Shown in pieces: positions 1 to 9,245 of a stretch of 64,000 bases of DNA. The DNA comes from a virus. Both the position numbers and the translations under genes were made by a program. The notes under the pieces were generated by a model, which saw only the letters and a program-made list of their open reading frames with translations, was not told the DNA's origin and searched no databases. Within the stretch, counting starts at the first letter, position 1. Each line of letters starts with the position of its first letter. The stretch lies in the IMG/VR virus record IMGVR_UViG_3300045974_000806, positions 1 to 64,000 of that record, one strand, 5' to 3'.

Positions 1-198
1 GGCCACCGCGGACTCCCTGGCGGTGGGGGACCTGACCTGGGAAGCTGGTGCCATCACGTGGTGTGCCGTGGCCATGCCGGTGAGCCACCGCCCCACGGCC
101 CCTCCCCAGCGCGTGAGCCACGCCCCGGACCCGCCCGCCCAGCGCGTTCACTTCCTGAGTCATGCTAACCTCACCGGGCCGTTCAACAGCGGAGCAGG

Positions 199-861
199 GT
201 GATGGACATTCTGGCGGAGCAAGGTGACGGCACGGTCACGCTTTCCCTGGTGGTGGGGGACAGCGCGGACCTGACGCTGACGGTGGACGACGGGGCCACG
301 CCGGCCGTGATCATGGACCTGTCCCAGGCCATGGACGGCACGCCCAACTGCCCGGCCATCATCCGCATGGCCATCAAGGACGCGCCGGCGGAGGAAGCCA
401 ACACCGCGGCGCTCACCTACCGCACCAGCTTTGACCCGGCGCAGATTGAGGTGCTTGCCCAGGCCAGCACCACGCTGGGCCAGATGGTCATCCATCTGGA
501 CAAGCCGGACACGGAGGCCGCGGACCCGTCCACCAGCTACAAGTGGGACGTGGAGGTGAGCCGCCAGGGCACCATCCGCACCAGCGTGGGCACCGCGGCC
601 ATTCCGGAAGGCGGCGGCGTGGTGGTGGGTTCCGGAACCGCGTGGACCAAGGCCCGGACGGGGGACATCCTGCAACTCACCAGCGGCGCCAACGCCGGCA
701 AGGTGGCCCTGGTGGCGTTGGTCACGGATGACACGCACCTCACGGTGGAGAACCCCAAGCTGACCGCGGACCCGTCCGCCACGTTCGTGCTCCGCCGCGG
801 CGTCCACCGCACCGTGGTGCGCGGTGCGTGCTCCCTGGTGCAAGGCGTGGTGACCGCATGA
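199..861 (+). CDS. Putative virion (head/neck-associated) protein
   Basis: 220-aa ORF, Thr/Val/Gly-rich, stop overlaps next start (ATGA at 858-861). C-terminal GSGTAWT...GDILQLTSGANAG...VTDDTHLTV beta module typical of virion proteins. Confidence 0.6.
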   Translation: MMDILAEQGDGTVTLSLVVGDSADLTLTVDDGATPAVIMDLSQAMDGTPNCPAIIRMAIKDAPAEEANTAALTYRTSFDPAQIEVLAQASTTLGQMVIHLDKPDTEAADPSTSYKWDVEVSRQGTIRTSVGTAAIPEGGGVVVGSGTAWTKARTGDILQLTSGANAGKVALVALVTDDTHLTVENPKLTADPSATFVLRRGVHRTVVRGACSLVQGVVTA

Positions 862-1931
862 GCCAACCGTTCTCAACGTCCAGCCCGGTGACGCTCCCGT
901 CCATTGAAACATGGTACGTGGGCCGCTGCTTCTTCTACCTGAAGGACCCGGCCGCGGCCCTGGCGTCGGGCTATGACCGCATCCGCATCTACAAGCGCCT
1001 GAAGCCGGCGGACCCGTGGGTGGAACTCACCAAGCCGGACACGCAGTTGCACATCGCTGCGGACAAGGTGAACTACACGTTCCTTGAGCAGAAGGCCGCG
1101 CGCGGTTCCGAGTACCGGCCGTCCCTCTCTTCCTCCCTGGGCGTGCTTCCGGATGTCCCCCAGGACGGCCTGATTCAGGACGCGGTGGACACGTCCTTTG
1201 AGACGCTTTGGACTTCCCAGGAAGTGCGGGACACGTTTGCCTGGGGCTTGTTGGGCCTGGGCACGGACGACTCCGGCAACCCGTTTCCGGAACGCTTCTA
1301 CGCGCACTACCTGAAGTACGGCGTGACCAAGTTTGAAACAAAGACGCGCATCCGCGTCCTGCCCACGCCCATTGTGGGGGAGCGCCACGACTACTGTCCC
1401 ACGGAATGGACGGACAGGTATTGGACGTTCATGCTGGACGAGTTCCCGTGCGTCAGCGTGGACAAGGTGACGTTCCAACTGCCCGGGTCCCAGCCGTTCG
1501 TCTTTCCGGAGTCCTGGGTGCAGGCGGACCTTGCCTTGGGCATTGTGGCCATTGTTCCGGACGGCTCCGCCCCCTGGGTGATTCCCACCACGTTCCGGAC
1601 GCCCGTTGGGTTCCCCAAGGTGACGCCGGGCGCCATCAAGATTGACTACGTGGCCGGCTTCCCCCTGGGCAGGGTTCCGGAGAACATCAGGGACATCATT
1701 GGCAAGGAGGCCATCTCCGGCTTCCTGAACCTCGCCGGCGACCTTGTTGGTGGTGCCGCCATCGCGTCCCAGTCAATGTCCATGGACGGCCTGTCCCAGT
1801 CCGTGAACACCACGTCCAGCCCAACAATGGGCGGCTTTGGTGCGAGGCTCATCCAATACAACAATGAACTCAAGCGGGACTATCCGCTGGTGCAGGCCCT
1901 CTACAAGGGACCGCGCCTCTACGTCGGGTGA
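858..1931 (+). CDS. Head-tail adaptor / head completion protein (SPO1/Twort-like)
   Basis: ATG at 858 coupled to upstream stop. Motifs IKIDYVAGFP, IASQSMSMDGLSQSVNTTSS...GFGARLIQY resemble Herelleviridae-type adaptors; position upstream of neck and sheath genes. Confidence 0.75.
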   Translation: MSQPFSTSSPVTLPSIETWYVGRCFFYLKDPAAALASGYDRIRIYKRLKPADPWVELTKPDTQLHIAADKVNYTFLEQKAARGSEYRPSLSSSLGVLPDVPQDGLIQDAVDTSFETLWTSQEVRDTFAWGLLGLGTDDSGNPFPERFYAHYLKYGVTKFETKTRIRVLPTPIVGERHDYCPTEWTDRYWTFMLDEFPCVSVDKVTFQLPGSQPFVFPESWVQADLALGIVAIVPDGSAPWVIPTTFRTPVGFPKVTPGAIKIDYVAGFPLGRVPENIRDIIGKEAISGFLNLAGDLVGGAAIASQSMSMDGLSQSVNTTSSPTMGGFGARLIQYNNELKRDYPLVQALYKGPRLYVG

Positions 1932-1934
1932 CTC

Positions 1935-2780
1935 ATGGTGGACAAGCGCCCGTTCGCATTGGATGCCGGGACCATCTTCCCGCCGACGGACAACCCCAAG
2001 GAAGCCGGCGCGCGCGTTGACTTCCGGACGGACATCTCTTTCCGGAACTTGGTGGAGTGGCATGGCGTCCGCTGGGCCTGGACGCGCATGACCATCTGCC
2101 CCTGCAAGGGCTTCAATGACCAGACGGGCCAGACGGACCCGCACTGTGCCATGTGCAACGGCCTGGGCTGGGCTCCCATCAAGACGCCCGGCTACTACAT
2201 GCAGGCGGAGAAGGTGGGCGTGCTGAATGAGGAGCAACAGGAACTCATCCGGCGCAACAACTCCATGCTCATCCGCGGCGTGGCCACGTCCATGACCTCC
2301 CAGCCCAATATGTTCGGCGTCCTGGGGCCGTGGGCGCTGGGCAACGTCATGATCACCGTGCGGGCGGAGAACAAGCTGGGCTACTATGACCGCCTTTGCT
2401 ACTTGGATGACGTCATGCCGTTCTCCGAAGTCATCACCCTGGGGGACAGCGCCACGGTGAAGACACGCTATCCGGTGGCGGCATTGAACGCGGTCATCAG
2501 CAGCACGACGGTCTACACGGAAAAGGACGTGTGGCTGGACAAGGGCGCGCTGTCCTGGGTGGACGGGCACCAGCCCGTTTCCGGAACCCGCATCTCCGTG
2601 AGTTATATGTGCCATCCGGTGTTCGTGGTGATCGACTACGCGCACCTGATTCGGACCATGCCCGTGCGCGCCAAGCTGCCCCGCGCCCAGCAGTTGACGC
2701 CCATGGGTGAGACGCTGAACCTGCCGCTGCAAGTGATTGCCCGCTTGGAGCACCTGCCCCTGGAAACGAGGGCGCCGTGA
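1935..2780 (+). CDS. Neck / head-closure protein with Cys motif
   Basis: CPC-x12-C-x2-C-x-G-x-GW and LGYYDR motifs typical of SPO1/Twort-like neck proteins; synteny. Confidence 0.7.
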   Translation: MVDKRPFALDAGTIFPPTDNPKEAGARVDFRTDISFRNLVEWHGVRWAWTRMTICPCKGFNDQTGQTDPHCAMCNGLGWAPIKTPGYYMQAEKVGVLNEEQQELIRRNNSMLIRGVATSMTSQPNMFGVLGPWALGNVMITVRAENKLGYYDRLCYLDDVMPFSEVITLGDSATVKTRYPVAALNAVISSTTVYTEKDVWLDKGALSWVDGHQPVSGTRISVSYMCHPVFVVIDYAHLIRTMPVRAKLPRAQQLTPMGETLNLPLQVIARLEHLPLETRAP

Positions 2781-3640
2781 TCAAAACCGTGGTCCTTGAC
2801 GCCTTCCTGCCGGGTGAGTTCATGGACCGCGTGCAGCCGGAAGTCCTGGCCCAGGTGGCGTTCGATGTCATGGACGCGGCCCGGGACTTTTGGATCAAGC
2901 GTGCCGGGGAGCGTCTGCACATGACGTCCCGGGACTACATCAACGGAATCCAGCCGGTGGAGATGGCGCCGGGCATGGCATCAGTGGCCCTGCTGGGGAC
3001 GCTCCCCAACATGGTGGAGAACGGCGCTGGCCCCTTTGACATGCATGACACGCTGCTGGGTCCCAACGTGCCGGTGGCCGGCCCAGGCCAGAAGGGGAAG
3101 CACAAGAACGCCAAGGGCGGATATTACCGGGCCATCCCCATGCGGCATCAGGGTCCGGACACCGCGGGGAAGGGCGGTGGCGCCCCCATGGGCAGCCAGT
3201 ATTTCAAGAGCCTGCCGGCGTCCCTGGCAAAGACGCTCCAAGCGGACCTGGGCCGCGCGGTCTACAAGAAGGCGTCCCGCCTCAAGGCCAGCACCACCAT
3301 GCCCGCGGGGACCTACGGCCCGGTGAAGCCCAACACGCCTGGGCGCCTGCCCGCGGGGACCGGCGGGGCCGGCCTGCTGAAGGCCCACCCCACCATGGTT
3401 GGCGGACGCATGACCGCGCCACACAGCACGGACATCTACGCCGGCATGATCAAGCAGTCCAAGACCTACGCCGCGGCCACGCAGAGCCAGTACACCACGT
3501 TCCGGATCATCAGTGACTCCGTTCCGGACAAATGGATTCACCCGGGCATGGATGCGGTCCACCTCGCGGATGAAGTACAACGCTACATTGAGACGGTGGC
3601 CCCCAAGGCCATCCTGGCCGCGTTTGAGGCATCCCTGTGA
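2777..3640 (+). CDS. Tail completion / neck protein
   Basis: MVENGAGPFDM...YTTFRIISD...WIHPG motifs; GTGA coupling; synteny. Confidence 0.65.
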   Translation: MIKTVVLDAFLPGEFMDRVQPEVLAQVAFDVMDAARDFWIKRAGERLHMTSRDYINGIQPVEMAPGMASVALLGTLPNMVENGAGPFDMHDTLLGPNVPVAGPGQKGKHKNAKGGYYRAIPMRHQGPDTAGKGGGAPMGSQYFKSLPASLAKTLQADLGRAVYKKASRLKASTTMPAGTYGPVKPNTPGRLPAGTGGAGLLKAHPTMVGGRMTAPHSTDIYAGMIKQSKTYAAATQSQYTTFRIISDSVPDKWIHPGMDAVHLADEVQRYIETVAPKAILAAFEASL

Positions 3641-4302
3641 TTGAGCGTGTCCTCTTTGACGTCATCACCGCCGGCATTGCCGCCCTGAAGGCCAACCCGG
3701 GCGCCATCGCGGCGTTCTTCGCGCGGGACAGCATCATCTCCGTGGAAGAGGCCGCGGCCCTGGAAGACCTGTTCCTGAACAAGGAGACGCCAACCGTCAT
3801 CCACGGCTACGCGCGCGAGAACGCCAAGTTCCCGGTCTACGCCATCACCCTGGGGAGTGAGAGCGAGTCCCAGTCCTTCCTGGGCGACGAGGGCGGGTTC
3901 ATTGACGACCCGGAGGACGAGGACCACGGCGCGGACGAGTTCGCGGCCATCTTCGCCTACCAGTTCAACCTCATGGTCTACGCGCAGCATCCGGACGTGG
4001 TGTTGGCCTACTACCAGTTGCTGAAAGAGATCATCGTCAACGGGTTCCCCACGTTCAAGGCCAACGGGCTCTTTGACCTGCGGTTCAGCGGCGCGGACAT
4101 GGCGCCGGACCCTTCCTGGGTGCCCGCGGGCCTCTTTGTCCGCCGCGCCACACTTTCCTGCTCCCGGGAGTACACACAGCCGTGGCCGTCCAGTAAGCTG
4201 GGGCGCGCATGGCAGGTGTCAGGCATCCACATTGACGCCCAGGGCGACGTTGGCAAGGACGTCGGGGGCGTGAACACAGAAGTGTACCCAAAGGAGAAGT
4301 GA
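3637..4302 (+). CDS. Putative tail terminator protein
   Basis: FPVYAITLGSESE...FLG motif, acidic; lies just upstream of sheath. Confidence 0.6.
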   Translation: MIERVLFDVITAGIAALKANPGAIAAFFARDSIISVEEAAALEDLFLNKETPTVIHGYARENAKFPVYAITLGSESESQSFLGDEGGFIDDPEDEDHGADEFAAIFAYQFNLMVYAQHPDVVLAYYQLLKEIIVNGFPTFKANGLFDLRFSGADMAPDPSWVPAGLFVRRATLSCSREYTQPWPSSKLGRAWQVSGIHIDAQGDVGKDVGGVNTEVYPKEK

Positions 4303-4305
4303 CCC

Positions 4306-4572
4306 ATGGCAAGGCCGCAGAAGGAAGACAGCACCACCCCCGTGGACGCGCCGGCCGCGCCGGCCGCTCCGGAAGCGCACGCACCCCTGGCCATGGAGCC
4401 GGGCACCTTTCAGTCCGTCCCCCTGGGCGTGTGGCTCCGCCAGAAGTTCGGCGCCAAGTTCGACCACGGCGCCGGCTTTGCCCACTGGGCCAAGAAGAAC
4501 GGGCACGTGCGGAACTCTGTTCCGGAATGGGAAGCCCTGCTGGCTGCATTCAACAACCGCCCCCTGGGCTGA
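4306..4572 (+). CDS. Small hypothetical protein preceding sheath
   Basis: 88 aa, AGGAG RBS; small ORF in the usual pre-sheath slot. Confidence 0.6.
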   Translation: MARPQKEDSTTPVDAPAAPAAPEAHAPLAMEPGTFQSVPLGVWLRQKFGAKFDHGAGFAHWAKKNGHVRNSVPEWEALLAAFNNRPLG

Positions 4573-4614
4573 ACCACACCCTTTTTCCGGAACGCAGAAA
4601 GGCAGGACAACAAC

Positions 4615-7191
4615 ATGGCCACTTCGATCTTCTTCAATGGGCGCGTCATCAGCATCCCCGGCAGCTACAGCGAGGTGGACGCGTCGGGCCTTGAGTCCGT
4701 GGGCCTGGGCGCTTCCGGAATCGTCGCGGTGCTGGGCACGGCGGAGGGCGGCCGGCCTGTCTCTGCCATCTCGGAAACCAAGGACATCCCGCGGTTCACC
4801 AACCCGGACAAGATGCGCCGGGCGTTCCGGAAGGGCCAACTCCGTGAAGTGACGGACATGGTGTTCAGCCCGGCCAAAGATCCGGACATCCTGGCGGGCG
4901 CGCAGCAGGTGGTGACCATGAAGGTCAACCCGGCCACGCAGAGCGCCACCACGCTGCTGTCCGGAGTGACCCCGGTCCTGACCCTCACGTCAAAGGACTA
5001 CGGCGCCTTCACCTCGCAGATCAGCGTGGAAGTCCAGCCCGGCAGCAGCCAGGGCAAGATGCTCACCATCAAGATGGAGGGCGTCACGGAGACGGTGGAC
5101 AACCTGGGCGGGAGCCCGTTGGCCACGTTGCAGTATGACGGCGGGTCCTACGGCTACAACACCGCGGTGATGGCGCTGAACGATGCGGGGGACATCAGCG
5201 TCACCTGCACGCGCGCGGGCGCGGGCCTCAACGGCGCTGGCCAGCCGGCCGGCGAGATCACCCTGGTGACGGCCAACGCGGTGGAGTTCGCCGGCGTGAA
5301 CCTCACCGGCGTGGCGGCCACCCTGGCCGTGGCTTCCGGAACGGTCACCGCCACGGGCGTCACGGGGATGATTGCAGACTCCCTCCCGTCCAGCCCGTCA
5401 CCCATGCGTGGCCGCTTCATCACCATCAGCGGCGCCACCAACCCGGGCAACAACGGCACATTCGCCATTGCCGCCGTCCCGGGCATCACCAGCGTGCAGT
5501 GGGTCAACCTGAACGCGGTGGCTGAGAGCACCGGCTTCACGTGGACGGTGAGTGACGCCGGCCTGAAGGTCACCCTGTACGGCAAGTCCGCGGGCCTGCC
5601 CGTGCGTGAGACGCTGACCCACGCGGGCGCCACCACGGTCACCAGCAGCACCGTTTGGGATGCCACGGGCCTGTTGGGCATTGTGATGTCCGCGGCCCCG
5701 GTGGCCGGCGCCATCACCTTCAAAAACGCCCCTGGCGGTGCCACGGTGGCGGCCCTGGCCATTGGGCAGGTGTCCCGCGGCGCCATCGTCTGCGAAAACG
5801 CCTACGTGAACTCCGCGTCCGTGTCCCTCAAGCTGTCCGGGGCCGGCACGCAGCAGGTGGCCCTGTTCGGCAAGGACGCGGCCGGCAACAACGTGCAGGA
5901 ATTGATTGCCATGACGGGCGCGGTGGCCATCGCCAGCGTGGCCAGCACCTACGCGGAACTGCAAGCCATCTGCGTCAACCTGCTCCCCACGTCCCTCACG
6001 CTCACCTTGACCGCCCTGGCGGCCAAGTCCCTGGGCGCGGTGCAGACCACGGTCACCAAGGTCAAGGGCTACTTCGACGGGAAGACCAAGCTGACCAGCA
6101 GCAACACGGTGAAGGGTTTCCTGTTCAACACCCTCACGGGCCAGTCCAACTTTGCCGCCACGGACTTTGACATCATCAGCGGTTCCGGAGTGAGCATTGC
6201 GTCCCCGGCCACGGGCAACCTGACGGCGGACCTCTACGCCATTGCGGCCTGGGTGAACCAGAACAGCCAGTTGGTGTCCGCCCTGGTGCCGGCCAACGCG
6301 CCCGCGGTTCCGGACAACACCGCGGCGCCGGTGTTCCTGGCCGGCGGTGTGGAGGGCGTGGCGCTCTTCCAGCACTACCAAGCGGCCCTCACCCTGCTGA
6401 AGAAGATCCGGGTGAACAGCGTGGTGGACTTGTCCGGCGACCCGGCGGTGGCCGCCGCGGTGGATGCGCACTGCGCCTATATGGGCGGCGTGGGCCGGTC
6501 TGAACGGGACGGCTTTGTGGGCCTGCTCAACAACGCCAAGACCGACGTCACCACCAAGGATGACGCCAAGGCCCAGATTGTGGACATCAACAGCCGGCAC
6601 ATCCGCGCGTTTGCCCAGGCCATTGAGCGTTACGACTCCAACGGGGACCGCACGGAGTTCCTGCCCCCGTTCCTGGGAGCCATTGCAGCCGGCGCCCAGG
6701 CAGGCAGCCCGGTGGGGACGTCCCTCACGTTCAAGTACATGAACGTGCTGTCCTTCCGGCAGCACTCGTCATGGAACCCCACGGAGGACGCGGAAGAGAT
6801 GATCACCGCGGGCCTGTGCTTCCTTGAGAACAAGGAGGGCGTGGGCCGGCGCATTGTCCGGAACGTCACCACGCATCTGTCCTCCAACAACATCGCCTAC
6901 ATTGAAGGGTCCGTGAACACCGCGGTGAACTTCGCCGTGTTCAATTTCAGGACCAACATGGAGTTCGCGGTGGGCAAGCGCGGCTTCTCCGGAACGCTGG
7001 CCGCGGCACGCGGTGTGGCGGTGGGGACGCTGGGTCTGCTGGTGGACAACGTGGTGATCACCGCCTACCGCAGCCTGTTCATGGAACTGAACGTGGATGT
7101 GCTGGAAGTCTCTTTGGAGATTGCGCCCATCATCCCCATCAATTTCGTGAAGACGACGGTGCATCTGGTGACCGTGGCGCAGGCGGCCTGA
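4615..7191 (+). CDS. Contractile tail sheath protein with large central insertion
   Basis: N-terminal FNGRVISIPGSYSEVDASGL...VAVLGTAEGG; C-terminal LAGG, AAGAQAG, LTFK, RIVRNVTT, PIIPINFV sheath motifs; 858 aa. Confidence 0.92.
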   Translation: MATSIFFNGRVISIPGSYSEVDASGLESVGLGASGIVAVLGTAEGGRPVSAISETKDIPRFTNPDKMRRAFRKGQLREVTDMVFSPAKDPDILAGAQQVVTMKVNPATQSATTLLSGVTPVLTLTSKDYGAFTSQISVEVQPGSSQGKMLTIKMEGVTETVDNLGGSPLATLQYDGGSYGYNTAVMALNDAGDISVTCTRAGAGLNGAGQPAGEITLVTANAVEFAGVNLTGVAATLAVASGTVTATGVTGMIADSLPSSPSPMRGRFITISGATNPGNNGTFAIAAVPGITSVQWVNLNAVAESTGFTWTVSDAGLKVTLYGKSAGLPVRETLTHAGATTVTSSTVWDATGLLGIVMSAAPVAGAITFKNAPGGATVAALAIGQVSRGAIVCENAYVNSASVSLKLSGAGTQQVALFGKDAAGNNVQELIAMTGAVAIASVASTYAELQAICVNLLPTSLTLTLTALAAKSLGAVQTTVTKVKGYFDGKTKLTSSNTVKGFLFNTLTGQSNFAATDFDIISGSGVSIASPATGNLTADLYAIAAWVNQNSQLVSALVPANAPAVPDNTAAPVFLAGGVEGVALFQHYQAALTLLKKIRVNSVVDLSGDPAVAAAVDAHCAYMGGVGRSERDGFVGLLNNAKTDVTTKDDAKAQIVDINSRHIRAFAQAIERYDSNGDRTEFLPPFLGAIAAGAQAGSPVGTSLTFKYMNVLSFRQHSSWNPTEDAEEMITAGLCFLENKEGVGRRIVRNVTTHLSSNNIAYIEGSVNTAVNFAVFNFRTNMEFAVGKRGFSGTLAAARGVAVGTLGLLVDNVVITAYRSLFMELNVDVLEVSLEIAPIIPINFVKTTVHLVTVAQAA

Positions 7192-7242
7192 GCGTTTTGG
7201 CAGTGAACTGAGAGGCGCGGGCCTCACAAAGAGGAGTGTGTC

Positions 7243-7689
7243 ATGGCGGAAAAGGGACGAGTCTTTACTGGGGCACGCGCGCGCCTGCTCATCAACGGTG
7301 TCAAAGTGGGCTACGCCAGGAACTGCTCCGGCCGGGAGGAGATCCAGTATGAGCCCATCAAGGTGCTGGACAACATTCAGGTGCAGGAACACGTTCCTGT
7401 CTCCTACGTGGTGTCCTTCTCCGCCGGCTTTGTCCGCCTTGTGGGTGAGACGGTGAAGAGCCTGGGCTACTTCCCCACGCTGGGCTCCAACCCGGCGGAC
7501 CACCTGAAAAACATCCTGACGTCCGGCGCCCTCACCATCACCATTGAGGACAACCAGACAGGCAGCATCTTCATGACGTTGGAGCAGGCCAAGGCGTCCT
7601 CCAACAATTGGAGCATCGACGCCCAGGGCGTGGTTGGCTATGACATGGAGTTCGTGGCGATTCGGATGCGCGACGAATCGGAGGTCTAA
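7243..7689 (+). CDS. Tail tube protein
   Basis: 148 aa directly after sheath; VFTGARARLLINGVKVGYA...EHVPVSY; GAGGAG RBS. Confidence 0.88.
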   Translation: MAEKGRVFTGARARLLINGVKVGYARNCSGREEIQYEPIKVLDNIQVQEHVPVSYVVSFSAGFVRLVGETVKSLGYFPTLGSNPADHLKNILTSGALTITIEDNQTGSIFMTLEQAKASSNNWSIDAQGVVGYDMEFVAIRMRDESEV

Positions 7690-7738
7690 CATTGCATTCA
7701 CGCCAGCGCCGTGGCAGAACCTGTTCCGGAGGTTCACC

Positions 7739-8383
7739 ATGGCGAATGTCGGTAAGGCCCCGGATGCGCGGACGGCCCCGTTGTGCGCATGTGGGTGCAC
7801 GGAGCAGGTGCGCTGGCAGCGTGGGATAGGCTGGGGCAGGTTCAGGAAAGGCCACCGCGCTAGATTGCAGCGCACCAAAGCGTCACAGGCTGGGCCTCCA
7901 CCGCGTTGCGCTTGCGGGTGTGGTGCCCCCGTGACTTGGCAGCCCGGGGGCGGCTGGAACCGCTACCTGCACGGGCACCACGTCTCCGTCCCTGGCCAGA
8001 ACCCAAACAAGGGGGTTCACCAACTTGGGGAGAAGAACCCCATGAAGCGGAAGGAGGTCCGCGAAAAGGTGGCGGCGGCCATGCTGGGTGTTTCCAAACC
8101 GGGCTCTGGGCGGTCAGGGTCAGCCAATTCCGGATGGAATGGTGGGCGCATCATTCGGGACGGGTATGTCTACCTCCGGCTGGAAGATGGTTACGTTCCG
8201 GAGCACCGGATGGTGATGGAGCGGCATCTGGGACGCCCCCTTATGACGTCGGAAGTAGTCCACCACATCAACGGGATTCAGACTGACAACCGCCTCGAAA
8301 ACCTTCAGGTTCTGAGCCAATCGGAGCATGTGGCGCTCCACAACCGGGAGCGGCACCTTGCTGTTCCGGAACCCCCGGCATAG
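7739..8383 (+). mobile_element. Free-standing HNH homing endonuclease with duplicated CACGC N-terminal motifs
   Basis: GGAGG RBS then ATG 7739; EHRMVMERHLGRPL..EVVHHINGIQTDNRLENL HNH motif; two CACGC...W...GH repeats; lower GC than neighbours. Confidence 0.88.
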
Positions 8384-8425
8384 AAACCGCGTTGCCGGCC
8401 TACCTTCCGGAACGCGGAGTCACAC

Positions 8426-8896
8426 GTGGCACCTCCCACCCCCAAGAGCCTCATCCCGTCCCACCTCACCGATGAAACCAGCGCCGCGGACCTGAAGGCC
8501 CAGGCGCAGGAAGCGGTGGCTGACGCCCCCAAGCCCGACGAAAAGCGGGCCATGCGGGACGCCAGCTACACGTTCCCGTTTGAGTACGTGGACGGCGCCG
8601 GCCGGCGCTACACCGGGACCTTCACGCACGTCATTCCGGACCTGGGCCAGCGGCAGGCCATTGGCGTGCTGCGCGCCAAGTTCTCCGGCGGCGTGCTGTA
8701 TGAAGCCCTGGACCCGTTCACGCGGGAGATCAACATGATGGTGGCGGACATGACCGTCACCCTGGAAGACAAGGACCGTCCGGAATGGGCGGTGGACCTG
8801 CGCAAGCTGAAGGACGCGGACGTGGTGTACCGGCTCTGGGAGGTGGTGGCCGAACATGAGGCCACGTTTCTCGGACAACGCGCACCTGCAACGTGA
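8426..8896 (+). CDS. Tail assembly chaperone (G-like)
   Basis: Between tube and tape measure; YTGTFT...PEWAVD...W....ATF signature of myovirus chaperones. Confidence 0.8.
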   Translation: MAPPTPKSLIPSHLTDETSAADLKAQAQEAVADAPKPDEKRAMRDASYTFPFEYVDGAGRRYTGTFTHVIPDLGQRQAIGVLRAKFSGGVLYEALDPFTREINMMVADMTVTLEDKDRPEWAVDLRKLKDADVVYRLWEVVAEHEATFLGQRAPAT

Positions 8897-9242
8897 AGCC
8901 CAGCGGGACATCCATTCCGGACTGGGCCGGCTGAAGCGTTGGTGGAGCAACAAGTGGAAGCGTCCGCTGAACCACCCCCTGCTGCTGGGCCAGACGGTGG
9001 CCCAGTTGCTGACGGAGTTCTATGCGGACCTGTACGAGGAGAAAGAGGAGATTGAGCGCCGCTTGGAGAACCCGGACGGCGACACCTCCAAGCTGCGGGA
9101 GCGCCTGCGCAGCATCACCGCGTTCCTGGGGGAAGAGGCTCCGGATGTGGCGGACGACCTGATTGACCGCTGGGAACGGGAACTCGCTGCCGGAAAGACC
9201 CCGGACCTTGGTATGCTCCCCGCCCAGGCCAAAAAGAGGTGA
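8868..9242 (+). CDS. Tail assembly chaperone T segment, probably reached by +1 frameshift at TTT-C
   Basis: Overlapping +1 frame ORF FSDNAH...RWWSNKWKRPLNHPLL...EFYADL; TTT CTC at 8867-8872 can re-pair as TTC. Confidence 0.7.
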   Translation, partial: FSDNAHLQREAQRDIHSGLGRLKRWWSNKWKRPLNHPLLLGQTVAQLLTEFYADLYEEKEEIERRLENPDGDTSKLRERLRSITAFLGEEAPDVADDLIDRWERELAAGKTPDLGMLPAQAKKR

Positions 9243-9245
9243 CCG

